Shown one piece after another: positions 19,551-30,000 of a stretch of DNA of 64,000 nucleotides. This DNA comes from an uncultured cyanobacterium (GTDB lineage Bacteria; Cyanobacteriota; Cyanobacteriia; Cyanobacteriales; CAWCAG01). The stretch spans positions 1 through 64,000 of the forward strand of contig CAWCAG010000006.1 in the NCBI GenBank assembly GCA_963793425.1. The letters run 5' to 3'. How positions within the stretch are numbered: position 1 is the first letter of the stretch; each line of letters starts with the position of its first letter. Position numbers and translations under genes: made by a program. The notes beneath the pieces are model-generated. The model was not told the DNA's origin, did no database searches, and was given only the letters and a program-made list of their open reading frames with translations.

Positions 19551-22500
19551 ATGGCACTACCTGAAAATAAGTCTTCTCGTTCTAGCAATTCCAAAATTCA
19601 AGCTTTTATTTTAGAACCAATTCTTACTCCAAGCGGCCTTTTAGATGGCGGTGATGACGGGGTAGACTTAGCCCTCTTTAACCCTGATTCACCAGAAGAT
19701 GTTAATCCTTTAGCAGAAATATACCAAGATTTTAGCAATGAAGAACTAGAACCGATTAGCTTCTTTGAGGAAATAGAAGCAGATCAAATAACAGAAATAG
19801 CCAGTACCTCAGTTCCTAGCTTCGACTCCGGTATCTTTACCGTCGGTGACACCGGGAAAGTAACAGTTGACTTCCTCTTTGACGGTGGTGGTTATGAAGG
19901 GGAATTAGCCATCTTCAGTTTAGAGGGGCTGAATCCTGAATCGGAAGACTTTGGCAGTGAAGCTGCTAACCGGGCTTTAAGTAACTCTGAATTAGGCTAC
20001 ATCGTCATCTCCGATGCCACCGACAGGGCAAGATTTTCCGGGGAATTAGGAGAAGCAGATCACAACTCCGGCATTTATAAACAAGGAGATCCTGTGAGCA
20101 TGAAGCCGGGCGATCGCTTTGGTTTTATGCTCATTCCCAACGGAACAGTAGAAGAGTTTCTCGACAATCCCGACAAGGGTAATTTACGTCCTCTTTTCTC
20201 CGTTGCTACAGCTAATCCTGAAGATGCTTTTCATCTGGGGCAAATTGCTGATGTTACCGGGGATGGCAGCACCTTTGTCATGGAAGACTTGCGAGTTGAT
20301 GGTAAGTCTGATCTGGATTATAACGATATTATTTTCCAGGTGCGTGGGGCAACAGGAGAAGCTGAATTACTAGATAATGTTATTGAAGATGGGCAAGAGT
20401 GGCGAGATACTGAATTGGGAGAAGCTATTTTAGAATATGCTAATCCTCAAGTAGATCCTCCCGTTACTGATTATAATTTTCCCACTGAAGACCAACCCCT
20501 GATTGGCTTTATTGATACCGGATTTAGCGGTGATAATCCCGACTTAGACTATGAAAAAATTAGTTTAGGAACAGATAAAATTGCCAACGATGCTGACCCT
20601 TTGCTAGCTCCAGGAGAGGGTAATGAACATGGTACTCATGTTTTAGGTATTGTCGCAGCCGAGAATAATAATGATATTGGTATTGATGGTATTAATGATG
20701 ATGCGCCTATTTGGTTAGGAAGGGCTGTTAATTCAGGAAAATGGGCAGAATCTTTAATGGAGTTTGTCGATGCTGCTAAAGAGTCTGGGCAACCTAATGC
20801 GATCGCAAACTTAAGCTTTGATCTAACTCAAATTGATATTGATGGTGCAGAAACCACCCGTTATGAGTTTACACCCTCAGAAATAGCAGCATTAGAATAT
20901 GCCCAGCAAAATAATGTCCTTGTTGCTGTTGCCGCAGGGAATGAAGGAGAAGTAATGTCAGCGTTGGGACAAGCTTCTCAGCAATTTGATAATGTTATTA
21001 CCGTAGGTTCAGCAGAACAAATTAGTGGTGAAACTTCTGTTTGGCAAGGCTTTGACAAGGCTGAATATGCAAGTTATGGTGAAGGATTAGATATTGTTGC
21101 CGATGATTTAGGTTCAATTGAAGGAACTTCCGTTGCTACAGCGAAAGTAACAGGGGCAGCTTCACAAGTTTGGGCTGCTAATCCTGAATTAAGTTATCGT
21201 CAAGTGATTGAAATTCTTAAATCTACAGCAACAGATATCAATGAGTTAGGAGAAGATGTAGAAACTGGGGTAGGATTACTCAACATTGCTGCGGCAGTTA
21301 GTTTAGCACGAGGAACAACACCGGAAACAAAACAATCAGAACTTCCTTTGATTGAGTTGCCGGACTTAAAAACTTCTAACTTGGAAACCCATCAAGTTGA
21401 TCAGGATGTAGTTTACCTTGCCAGCAGCCACGGAGAAATTATCCGAGTTAACACTCGCACCTCAGAAGAAACAGTTATCTATCAGGGCAAAACTTTTGCT
21501 GATATTGCTACAACCGCTAGTGATGTAATTCTTGGTACAACTGGAGACAGTTTATATTTAGTTGACCCTGTAACAAATAAAGAGAAATTAATTGGTGAAT
21601 TTCCTGCCAACGTCAAAATTGATAGCCTAACTTTTTCTCCCGAAGGTACACTTTATGGTGCAGATACCAACTTAGGTAAACTTTATTTCCTCTCTCCTCA
21701 AACGGCAGAAATGACTGAAATACCTTCTTTGGGTAATGCTGATTTGGGTAACATTGTTTTCAACAATCATCAAATTTTAACTACTACCAACGACCAGTTA
21801 GTGACTGTAGACACAATCACAGGGCAATCTGAAGTTATTGGCGATTTAGGTTTTTCCTCTGTTTCTGGACTAGCATTACTCAATGGTACTCTCACTGCTT
21901 TTACCTCAGAAGGGCAACGTCTAGAAATTAATCCTCAAACAGGTGCAGCCAAAATTGTTGGAGAAATGACCTCACCAAGTTTTATTAATGGTGTAGCAGA
22001 TTATCCTAGCAAGAGTGGTATTTTCCTCGGTCAAGCCCCTATTCTTCCTGAACCAGGCAAACTCTTTGCACCTTCTATTAGTGAAAGACCAACTAACCCC
22101 AAAAACCCTCAATCTTATGTTTTTCGAGACTCTGACAAAATTAGCTTGCTTAGCCAGGTGGGGAAAGCTGCATTGGGACAAGTCTCAAATCAACCTCCTC
22201 AAAATGTAACCGAGGCCTTTAACTGGCTGTATAACCAACGTCATCAAGGTCAATTAGGTTTTCCTACAGGGCCTGTAAGTCGTCGCCAAATTGCAGGGCA
22301 ATCGGTTTGGCTGCAAGAGTTTACTAAATGGACTAAATCTGGCAATCGCGGCATTATCGTCATGCGGGAAAGTGATAATAACCGCACTGATCATGAAAAT
22401 GTTGTTTATGGTGTATTTGGCAACCCCCTCAAACGCTGGCGTATCAAAGATATGGGCTTACCCACTGGTAACTCTGGCCTTGCCCTAACATCTCCTTATG

Positions 22501-24539
22501 GTACAGAAGGCTGGTGGCAGCCTTTTGAAGAGGGAACACTCCATTGGACTAAACCAGATAATGATAGCTATGCTCTCTGGCAAGAATATCAAACAGAATA
22601 TGAAGCCCAAGGAGGCTCCGGTGGATTTTTAGGTTTTCCCACATACGAACCTAATTCCCTTGGAAGAATGCAAGGGCGCAATTGGGAAATTGGCCACTTT
22701 GAAGGCGGCTTTATGTTGTGGAATGCAGGGCTAGGTGCTATTAGCTTTAGTTGGGATGACTATCAAGGGGCTAATGGCGTTGCTTGGCAACTATTTTGGC
22801 GAGCCGTTGCTGCTGGTTTAAGCGGTGATCAAATAAGAGCCTTAATGGATGCCTACCGACCTCAAAGTAATGCTGCAACTCAGCTAGTTGGTACTTTACG
22901 GCGTAGGGGTGGTCAAGATGGCTGGGGTTGGACTCAGGAGTTCGATGGCTTCGATGGGAAACGAATCCTCATGTTAGAAGATGGGAAAAACGAAGCCTTT
23001 TGGGTGAATGGAGACAACTACCGGGAGTATATGGAGTTAGGTGGCCCCGAAGGGCGCTGGTTAGACAGTCGATTTGTTGGTTTGGGTTTCCCACGTTCTA
23101 ATGAACAGCTTATCAATCGCCCAGATGGCCGTTATGCTACCTGGCAAGCCTTCTCTTCTGGTGATGGTAAAAGTCGTATTCATCATTTGGGACGCAGCGT
23201 TGCTACTTGGGGATCAATTGGTGCTACATACACAGATATAGGCGGTGCAGTCCATTGGCTAGGAATGCCAACACGTCGTGAATATTTTGACGGAGAGTAT
23301 ACCATCTCAGACTTTGAAGGTGGTCGTATTGCTTTCCACAGAAACACTGGCTGGATTCAAGTATTACGTCCCTTCTTTGAAGAAGCAACCAGTGGCTCTG
23401 AATGGAATACCAGTGTGTATAGTTGGAACCCAGCACAAAGTGAACCACCAGGGGATTTGCAGAACCTAGTGAAACTTGCTGTACTTAACCTTGGCTCTCA
23501 TAACCGCAGCGATGGTAAAAAAGGTATTCAGTTTGATTCGGGACAAGGTTCACCGAAAGGGGATTCTCGCTTACCTCAAGACCACTTTGCACTCCGTAGC
23601 TACACCCATGCTTACTTTGAGGAGGGTAAGAAGTATAAAGCAGTGGTACGAGGGGATGATGGCTTCCAGCTTTTTGCTAAACACCATAGCCTACCTGACA
23701 ATGACCCGAATAAATGGGTCTACTTTACACCTGAAAATGAGTGGCAGTCTGCCTATGGAGATCATAAGGTAGTTGAGTTTACTGTACCGAACAGTGGTTG
23801 GTACGATTTTCACTATCATCTTTATGAAGGTGGTGGCAACGCTTATTTTGATTTGTCTTGGGAGGAAGCTTTTTCTCCTAAAGAAGGTCATGTTAACTCT
23901 AATGTTGGTAATATTCCTCTTAATTTCCGCGACCGGCCTTCTTTAGATAGTTCTACCATTATTGGCAAGTTGCCTCAAGGGACTACGGTGAAAATCCTGG
24001 AAAAAGTTCCTGGTGGTATTTATCAACCAGGCGATCGTACCGATTGGTATAGGATTGAGGCTAACAATAAGACTGGTTATGTAGCTGCTTATTATATAAG
24101 TGAAGGTAGTGGAGATAGTGGTGGAGGTAATAGTGGATGGCAAAATCCACTAGATCCGGGAACATATACAATTCTTCCAGGCGGTGAGTTTGGCGCACGT
24201 GGTGGCTCACACTATGGTATTGACTTATCTACTTGGCATAGTAATCCATATGTCCGTGTCAAAGCGGCACAACCAGGTAAAGTTGTCGAAGTAGGAAATC
24301 ATCCAAACGGATGGGGAAATTTTATTCGCATTCGACATGGCAATGATTTTCAAACAGTGTATGCACATCTGTCCCAAATTGATGTCAGCGAAGGTCAATT
24401 AGTGAGTGGTGGACAAAAAATTGGCAATGTTGGCAGTACAGGTAATTCATCGGGACCTCATTTACATTTTGAGATTTACGTTCCTCCATTCCGTTGGCCA
24501 ACAGATACTCGTAACCCCCGGAACTACCTGCAATTTTAG
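19551..24539 (+). CDS. Large secreted multidomain protein: LEPILTPSG leader, DUF4114-like, S8 peptidase, beta-propeller, LGFP repeats, PA14-like, SH3b, M23 peptidase
   Basis: MEDLRVDGKSDLDYND; IDTG/HGTHV/AAGN/GTSVA; LGFP/LGMPT repeats; LNFRDRPS...GYVAAYYI; HYGIDL...YAHL...GPHLHFE. Confidence 0.88.
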   Translation: MALPENKSSRSSNSKIQAFILEPILTPSGLLDGGDDGVDLALFNPDSPEDVNPLAEIYQDFSNEELEPISFFEEIEADQITEIASTSVPSFDSGIFTVGDTGKVTVDFLFDGGGYEGELAIFSLEGLNPESEDFGSEAANRALSNSELGYIVISDATDRARFSGELGEADHNSGIYKQGDPVSMKPGDRFGFMLIPNGTVEEFLDNPDKGNLRPLFSVATANPEDAFHLGQIADVTGDGSTFVMEDLRVDGKSDLDYNDIIFQVRGATGEAELLDNVIEDGQEWRDTELGEAILEYANPQVDPPVTDYNFPTEDQPLIGFIDTGFSGDNPDLDYEKISLGTDKIANDADPLLAPGEGNEHGTHVLGIVAAENNNDIGIDGINDDAPIWLGRAVNSGKWAESLMEFVDAAKESGQPNAIANLSFDLTQIDIDGAETTRYEFTPSEIAALEYAQQNNVLVAVAAGNEGEVMSALGQASQQFDNVITVGSAEQISGETSVWQGFDKAEYASYGEGLDIVADDLGSIEGTSVATAKVTGAASQVWAANPELSYRQVIEILKSTATDINELGEDVETGVGLLNIAAAVSLARGTTPETKQSELPLIELPDLKTSNLETHQVDQDVVYLASSHGEIIRVNTRTSEETVIYQGKTFADIATTASDVILGTTGDSLYLVDPVTNKEKLIGEFPANVKIDSLTFSPEGTLYGADTNLGKLYFLSPQTAEMTEIPSLGNADLGNIVFNNHQILTTTNDQLVTVDTITGQSEVIGDLGFSSVSGLALLNGTLTAFTSEGQRLEINPQTGAAKIVGEMTSPSFINGVADYPSKSGIFLGQAPILPEPGKLFAPSISERPTNPKNPQSYVFRDSDKISLLSQVGKAALGQVSNQPPQNVTEAFNWLYNQRHQGQLGFPTGPVSRRQIAGQSVWLQEFTKWTKSGNRGIIVMRESDNNRTDHENVVYGVFGNPLKRWRIKDMGLPTGNSGLALTSPYGTEGWWQPFEEGTLHWTKPDNDSYALWQEYQTEYEAQGGSGGFLGFPTYEPNSLGRMQGRNWEIGHFEGGFMLWNAGLGAISFSWDDYQGANGVAWQLFWRAVAAGLSGDQIRALMDAYRPQSNAATQLVGTLRRRGGQDGWGWTQEFDGFDGKRILMLEDGKNEAFWVNGDNYREYMELGGPEGRWLDSRFVGLGFPRSNEQLINRPDGRYATWQAFSSGDGKSRIHHLGRSVATWGSIGATYTDIGGAVHWLGMPTRREYFDGEYTISDFEGGRIAFHRNTGWIQVLRPFFEEATSGSEWNTSVYSWNPAQSEPPGDLQNLVKLAVLNLGSHNRSDGKKGIQFDSGQGSPKGDSRLPQDHFALRSYTHAYFEEGKKYKAVVRGDDGFQLFAKHHSLPDNDPNKWVYFTPENEWQSAYGDHKVVEFTVPNSGWYDFHYHLYEGGGNAYFDLSWEEAFSPKEGHVNSNVGNIPLNFRDRPSLDSSTIIGKLPQGTTVKILEKVPGGIYQPGDRTDWYRIEANNKTGYVAAYYISEGSGDSGGGNSGWQNPLDPGTYTILPGGEFGARGGSHYGIDLSTWHSNPYVRVKAAQPGKVVEVGNHPNGWGNFIRIRHGNDFQTVYAHLSQIDVSEGQLVSGGQKIGNVGSTGNSSGPHLHFEIYVPPFRWPTDTRNPRNYLQF

Positions 24540-24559
24540 TGTGTAATCACTAGTCCAAT

Positions 24560-24910
24560 CTGTAGGAACAACCCGTTGACATAATCTCAATCATTTTGGG
24601 TCGCCTCCCCCACCAATAAACCCCGCAAGGGCGACCCAATTTTATCGGTTTGTGGGGTACGAAAATAACCTAGGCGGGTCGCCCCTACACCATGATTTGG
24701 ATGATGGGAATATTTTTAAATGCGATCACATATCCCCAATCAACAATCCCCAATTTTATCGGTTTGTGGGGTACAAAAATAACCTAGGCGGGCCGCCCTT
24801 ACGATATGATTTGGATGATGGGAATTTAGGAGCGATCGCACAACCCAAAACAATCGTAGAGACTATCTTTAGTAACCTATCAATTAATCACACTAGGTCG
24901 CCTTCCCCAC
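24560..24910 (+). repeat. REP-like palindromic repeats (GGGCGACCC/GGGTCGCCC); also at ~25790-25990, 26950-27030 and 30915-31060
   Basis: Repeated ~120-bp units CAATTTTATCGGT.TGTGGGG...GGGTCGCCCCTAC..CATGATTT. Confidence 0.75.
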
Positions 24911-24997
24911 AGATAATTCCTATCGATTATGTTAGCTACATTTCAAATATAATAGACATTTGTGAACAATAATACTTAAATTATTAAAACCAAAAAT

Positions 24998-25252
24998 ATG
25001 TCACATCAACTAACTATTAACTACCCAGAAACATTTCCTGATGCCTTACAACAAACCAGGCAACAATTTGAACAAGAAGCAAAATGGGCAATGGCTGTTA
25101 AGCTTTTTGAAATGAAACGTCTCTCTTCTGGCATGGCAGCAGCATTAATCGGCATTGATAGAGTCTCATTTTTGCTTAATTTACATCGTTACGGTGTACC
25201 GATGATTGATCTTAGTGAAGAAGAATTATTAACCGATTTAGCCAATGCCTGA
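24998..25252 (+). CDS. UPF0175 family antitoxin-like protein
   Basis: AVKLFEMKRLSSGMAAALIG. Confidence 0.85.
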   Translation: MSHQLTINYPETFPDALQQTRQQFEQEAKWAMAVKLFEMKRLSSGMAAALIGIDRVSFLLNLHRYGVPMIDLSEEELLTDLANA

Positions 25253-25754
25253 AACTGAAACAATTGTGATTAATACTGGACCACTAATTGCTCTTGTAGC
25301 TGCTTTAGGGGACTTAGAAGTATTACAATCTCTCTACACCCAAGTATTGGTTCCTTATGAAGTCTGCCAAGAAATCCTCGTTGGTGGTTCTAGTGGTTTT
25401 GCTGTAACAGAATTTGCCGCAGCAACTTGGCTACGAAAACAGCCAACTTCCTTAAATATTTCCCCTTTATTACTCAATACCCTTGATTCAGGGGAAGCGG
25501 CAGTCATTCAATTAGCCATGAATGAAAATATCCAAACTGTCTGTATTGATGAAGCAGCAGGTAGGCGAATTGCTAGATTAAGTGGACTTTCTGTTACAGG
25601 TTCAATTGGTATTTTGCTACGTGCCGAACGAGAAGCTTATCCTGTTTCGATACCCCAAGCTATTTCTCAGATGCTCAACCAAGGAATTAGGTTGAGTCAG
25701 ACTGTGATTGATTTTGCTCTCAAACAATCTACTAAAGGTAATTCTGGTAATTAA
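25245..25754 (+). CDS. DUF3368 PIN-domain toxin-like protein
   Basis: VINTGPLI, LDSGEAAVI, IDEAAGR, GSIGIL. Confidence 0.85.
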   Translation: MPETETIVINTGPLIALVAALGDLEVLQSLYTQVLVPYEVCQEILVGGSSGFAVTEFAAATWLRKQPTSLNISPLLLNTLDSGEAAVIQLAMNENIQTVCIDEAAGRRIARLSGLSVTGSIGILLRAEREAYPVSIPQAISQMLNQGIRLSQTVIDFALKQSTKGNSGN

Positions 25755-26187
25755 TTTGCGATCGCTTACTACACGGATAATTCCCAAAAAGGGCGACCCA
25801 ATTTTATCGGTATGTGGGGGACAAAAACAACGGAAGCGGGTCGCCCCTACGTCATGATTTTGATGATGGGAATATTTTTTAATTGCGATCGCATATCCCC
25901 CGCCAATAAACCCCGAAAGGGCGACCCAATTTTATCGGTATGTGGGGGACAAAAACAACGCAGGCGGGTCGCCCCTACACCATGATTTGGATGAAATATT
26001 TTTTACCACATTTGTGATACCTACGGTGGGCTTTGCCTACGCACTCCCCAAACTTAGTAAGCAAACTGTTTATATTCCAATGGTTATCTGTCAATTGATC
26101 AGATGCGATCGCAAAAATCCCGTAGAAGCAATCTAAAATACCCTAAATTAGATTAATCATCCCTCAAACAACTTGCACTAACAGCTA

Positions 26188-26448
26188 ATGACAATGAAGA
26201 CTATCTCTATTCAACTTCCAGAAACTGTATTTTCTGCCCTAAGAAAAAGTCCTGAAGAATTTGTACGTGAAATGCAAATTGCTGCTGCTGTTAAGTGGTA
26301 TGAATTAGGAGAAATATCTCAAGCAAAAGCTTCAGAAATAGCTGGTTTAACTCGTACTGAATTTATTCAAGCCTTGGCACGTTATAAAGTTGATTTTATG
26401 CAATACACACCAGAAGAACTTACCGAGGAAATGATGAATGTTAGTTAA
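26188..26448 (+). CDS. UPF0175 family antitoxin-like protein
   Basis: AAVKWYELGEISQAKASEIAG. Confidence 0.85.
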   Translation: MTMKTISIQLPETVFSALRKSPEEFVREMQIAAAVKWYELGEISQAKASEIAGLTRTEFIQALARYKVDFMQYTPEELTEEMMNVS

Positions 26449-26926
26449 GAAAGTTGTTATTAACTCTTCTCCACTCATCGTTCTTTTCAAAAGCCAACAA
26501 GCCGAGCTTTTGCCACAGCTTTTTTCTGAAATATTAGTACCAATCGCCGTTTGGAATGAGGTGACTGCATCAGGAAAAAGTGACCTATCTACAGTACAAC
26601 TACCCAATGTTTCTTGGGCGCGAAAGGTAGACATTGCTAATGTCGCTCCAGAAATAGTAGCCTGGGATTTAGGAAAAGGTGAATCAGAAGTTTTGAGTTT
26701 GGCTTGGAAAAATCCTGATCATGTTGCCATTGTTGATGACCGCGCAGCACGTCGTTGTGCCAAATCTTTAGCTATTGTCACCATTGGTACTGGAGGTTTG
26801 TTACTTCTAGCAAAACAAAGAGGTTTAATCTCTGTAGTGACTCCCAGACTTCAAGCTTTGCGAGATGCAGGTTTATGGTTATCAGACTCTCTGTTCAATC
26901 TTCTCAAACAACAGGCTGGCGAGTAA
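26438..26926 (+). CDS. DUF3368 PIN-domain toxin-like protein
   Basis: VINSSPLI, LGKGESEV, DDRAARR, GTGGLL. Confidence 0.85.
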   Translation: MLVKKVVINSSPLIVLFKSQQAELLPQLFSEILVPIAVWNEVTASGKSDLSTVQLPNVSWARKVDIANVAPEIVAWDLGKGESEVLSLAWKNPDHVAIVDDRAARRCAKSLAIVTIGTGGLLLLAKQRGLISVVTPRLQALRDAGLWLSDSLFNLLKQQAGE

Positions 26927-27041
26927 GACAATTCGCATCAATCAAAACCTCGTAGGGGCAACCCGTTGTATAACCTGACCTAAAAACAAATCATCTTGGG
27001 TCGCCCTCCCCACCAATAAACCCTCCACAAAAAAATCTACC

Positions 27042-30000
27042 ATGTCCAAGCTAACCACCTTATTCCTTCTCGCTACAACAATCCTTTCTGCTTCTCCTCT
27101 ACAAGCGCAAATCACTCCTGATACCACACTAGGACAGGAAAACTCACAACTTATCAACAACGCAGAAATTAAAGGCTTACCAGGGGAACTAATCACTGGC
27201 GGCGCTATTCGCGGTAGCAATCTTTTTCACAGTTTTAGTCAGTTTAATGTTGGAGAATTGCAACGGGTTTACTTTGAAAATCCGGCAGCAATCACTAATA
27301 TCTTAACCCGCGTAACTGGTAACAATCCCTCAGAAATATTAGGGACTTTAGGGGTTGACGGTACTGCAAATTTGTTTCTTATTAATCCTAATGGTGTCTT
27401 CTTTGGGGAAAATGCTCACTTAGATATTGCAGGGTCTTTATTTGTTAGTACTGCTGATAGTTTGTTGCTAGAAAACGGTGCAGAATTTAGTGCTACAAAT
27501 CCTGATGTGCCTCCATTGTTAACAGTTAATTTACGTCCTGGTTTGCAGTATGGGAATAATATTCCCCGTGCCAAAATAACTAATCGAGGTAAGTTGATTG
27601 CGGGGGGCGATTTGACCTTGGTGGGGCAGGATTTAGATTTAACTGGTGAAGTGCAAGGTGGTGGTGATGTTAATTTAGTCGCTACAAACGAGGTTAAGAT
27701 TAGGGATAGTAATACTGCTCCTTTTATTGCTGCTGCGGGGGAAGAGTTGTTAGTGCAGGGTGATGAGAAGGTGGATATTTTTGCCCTGAATCATAGTGAT
27801 AGTGGTTTGTTTGCTGGGGGAGATTTAACTTTGCGTTCTGATAATGCTGTAGGTGGTGATGCTCATTATTGGAGTGGCGGCAACTTTCGAGTTGAGAAAT
27901 TAGACGGGAGTTTAGGAGATTTGTTTAGTCCTGATGACCCCATTGTTAGAGCGAGTGGTGATGTTAGTCTTGGTGCTTATGTGGGAGCTTCTTTGCATAT
28001 TTTAGCTGGCGGTAGTGTCAATATTACAGGTGATGTAGATATTATTGGAACGGATGCAGTTAATTCATTGCAAGAAAGCATTACTCTTTCTGATCAGACA
28101 ACAGTGGTCAATGTTGATGGTGGTGCAGAAAGGACATTAGATATAAGGGCTGGCACTACGGCATTTAACCCACAGGGAACCCAAGGTATCGTACCAAATA
28201 TCTTTATTACTCCTGGTGCAGGAACTAGTGCCGATATTACAGTAGGAGGTGAAGTTACCAGTCGTAATGGTTTGGTTTTGCTGACGAATCAATATCAACC
28301 CAATGGATTGGCTGGAGATATTGTCATTAGTGAAGAAATTAATACTGCTGGCATTACTGGTGATGGTGGACAAGTTGTTGTTGATTCGCGGGGGGATATT
28401 CAATTTATAGGTTCAGGTTCTATTAATCCTACAACTAATAATAATCTAAATGTGCTAGGACTTGAAATTAGCGGCGATATAACACTTCTTGCTGATAGCG
28501 CGATTACTCTTGAGAGTGGCAGCAATGTAGTTACTAGTTTTACCCTTAACGCTGCTAAAAGTGGTGATATAACAGTGAAAGCAAACTCTCTTCTTTTAAA
28601 TGAAGGTGCAAGACTCGGTAGTGTTACCGGAGGCGATGGACAAGGCGGAGATGTAAATATTACAACTTCTGATTTTGTCGAAGTACTTGGTAATCCTTTA
28701 GGTTTAAGCTTTCTAGTTGCTTACAACACTAACTTACCTGGTAATACCAATGCTTCAGGTTCAGCAGGGAATTTAACGATTAAAACTGGTCGTCTTTCAG
28801 TTATTGATGGAGGAGAAGTTTACACTAGGGCAGAAGCCGTAGGACGAGGGGGAGATATGACTATCATTGCTAAAGATTTGGTAGAAGTTACTGGGGCGCA
28901 GGGGCTGGGTAATGAAAGCGCTCTTTTTGCTGGGAGTAGAGATATTGGAGGCGATTCAGGGGATATTTTTATTCAAACTAAGCGCTTAGTGGCAGAAAGA
29001 GGAGCGCAAATAAGTGGCAATACTGAGTTCGGCACTTCAGGGGCAGCAGGGAATCTTACTATTATAGCTGATGAGTCTGTTGAACTAGATAATCCTACAG
29101 CTTATCCTGGTGGACTACCCACAGGAATCTACACATTTACTAGTAATGACAAAGATGGTGGAGAACTTATCATTGAGACAAAAAGATTTACAGTACGGGG
29201 AGGAACTTCTGTGTCTACAGGTACTGATACTAGCGGAAATGCTGGAGATTTGATAATTAAAGCTTCTGAGTTTATGGAAGTCAGTGGAGTGTCACCTATT
29301 AATGGGGGTGCAAGTAGAGTACGTGCAATCACTTCAAATGTAGGTGATGGTGGAGACATCAGAATCACTACCGGGAGTTTGACAGTAAAAGATGGAGGTA
29401 GAGTATCTGCTGAATCTACTGCTAGTAGTACTGGTAAAGCAGGTACTTTAACAGTTGAAGAGGCTGATTTAGTTGAAGTTATAGGAACTACGCCTGATGG
29501 TCAAAATCCTAGCGAGTTGTTCTTAGATTCAGAGGGTACTGGTAATGCAGGAAGTTTCAATATTAATACCAGAAAATTGCTTGTACAAGGTGGCGGACAA
29601 GTTTCTGCAAATACTTCTGGTAGAGGACAAGCAGGTATTTTAAACGTTGATGCTTCTGAATCAGTGGAAGTAATCGGCACTTCATCTGATGGCCAATTTC
29701 GTAGCCAATTGATCTTTGACTCTTCTGGTTCGGGCAATGCAGGAATTTTAGACATTGCCACCAGAAGATTACTCGTACAAGCAGGGGGCCTTGTTTCTGC
29801 TAAAACTTCTGGTTCAGGACAAGCAGGCATTTTAAACGTTGACGCGGCTGAATCCGTTCAAATTGCTGGCATTTCTGGGAATGGACAAAACCGCAGTGAG
29901 TTACTTTTTGACTCTTCTGGTACTGGCGATGCAGGAGAATTAACTGTCAACACCTCCCAACTATTCATTCAAGACGGGGGACAAGTTTCTGCTACTACCT

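Noticed and set aside
24652..26136. ORFs 24652-24972 and 25942-26136
   Set aside because: Translations of REP-like repeats
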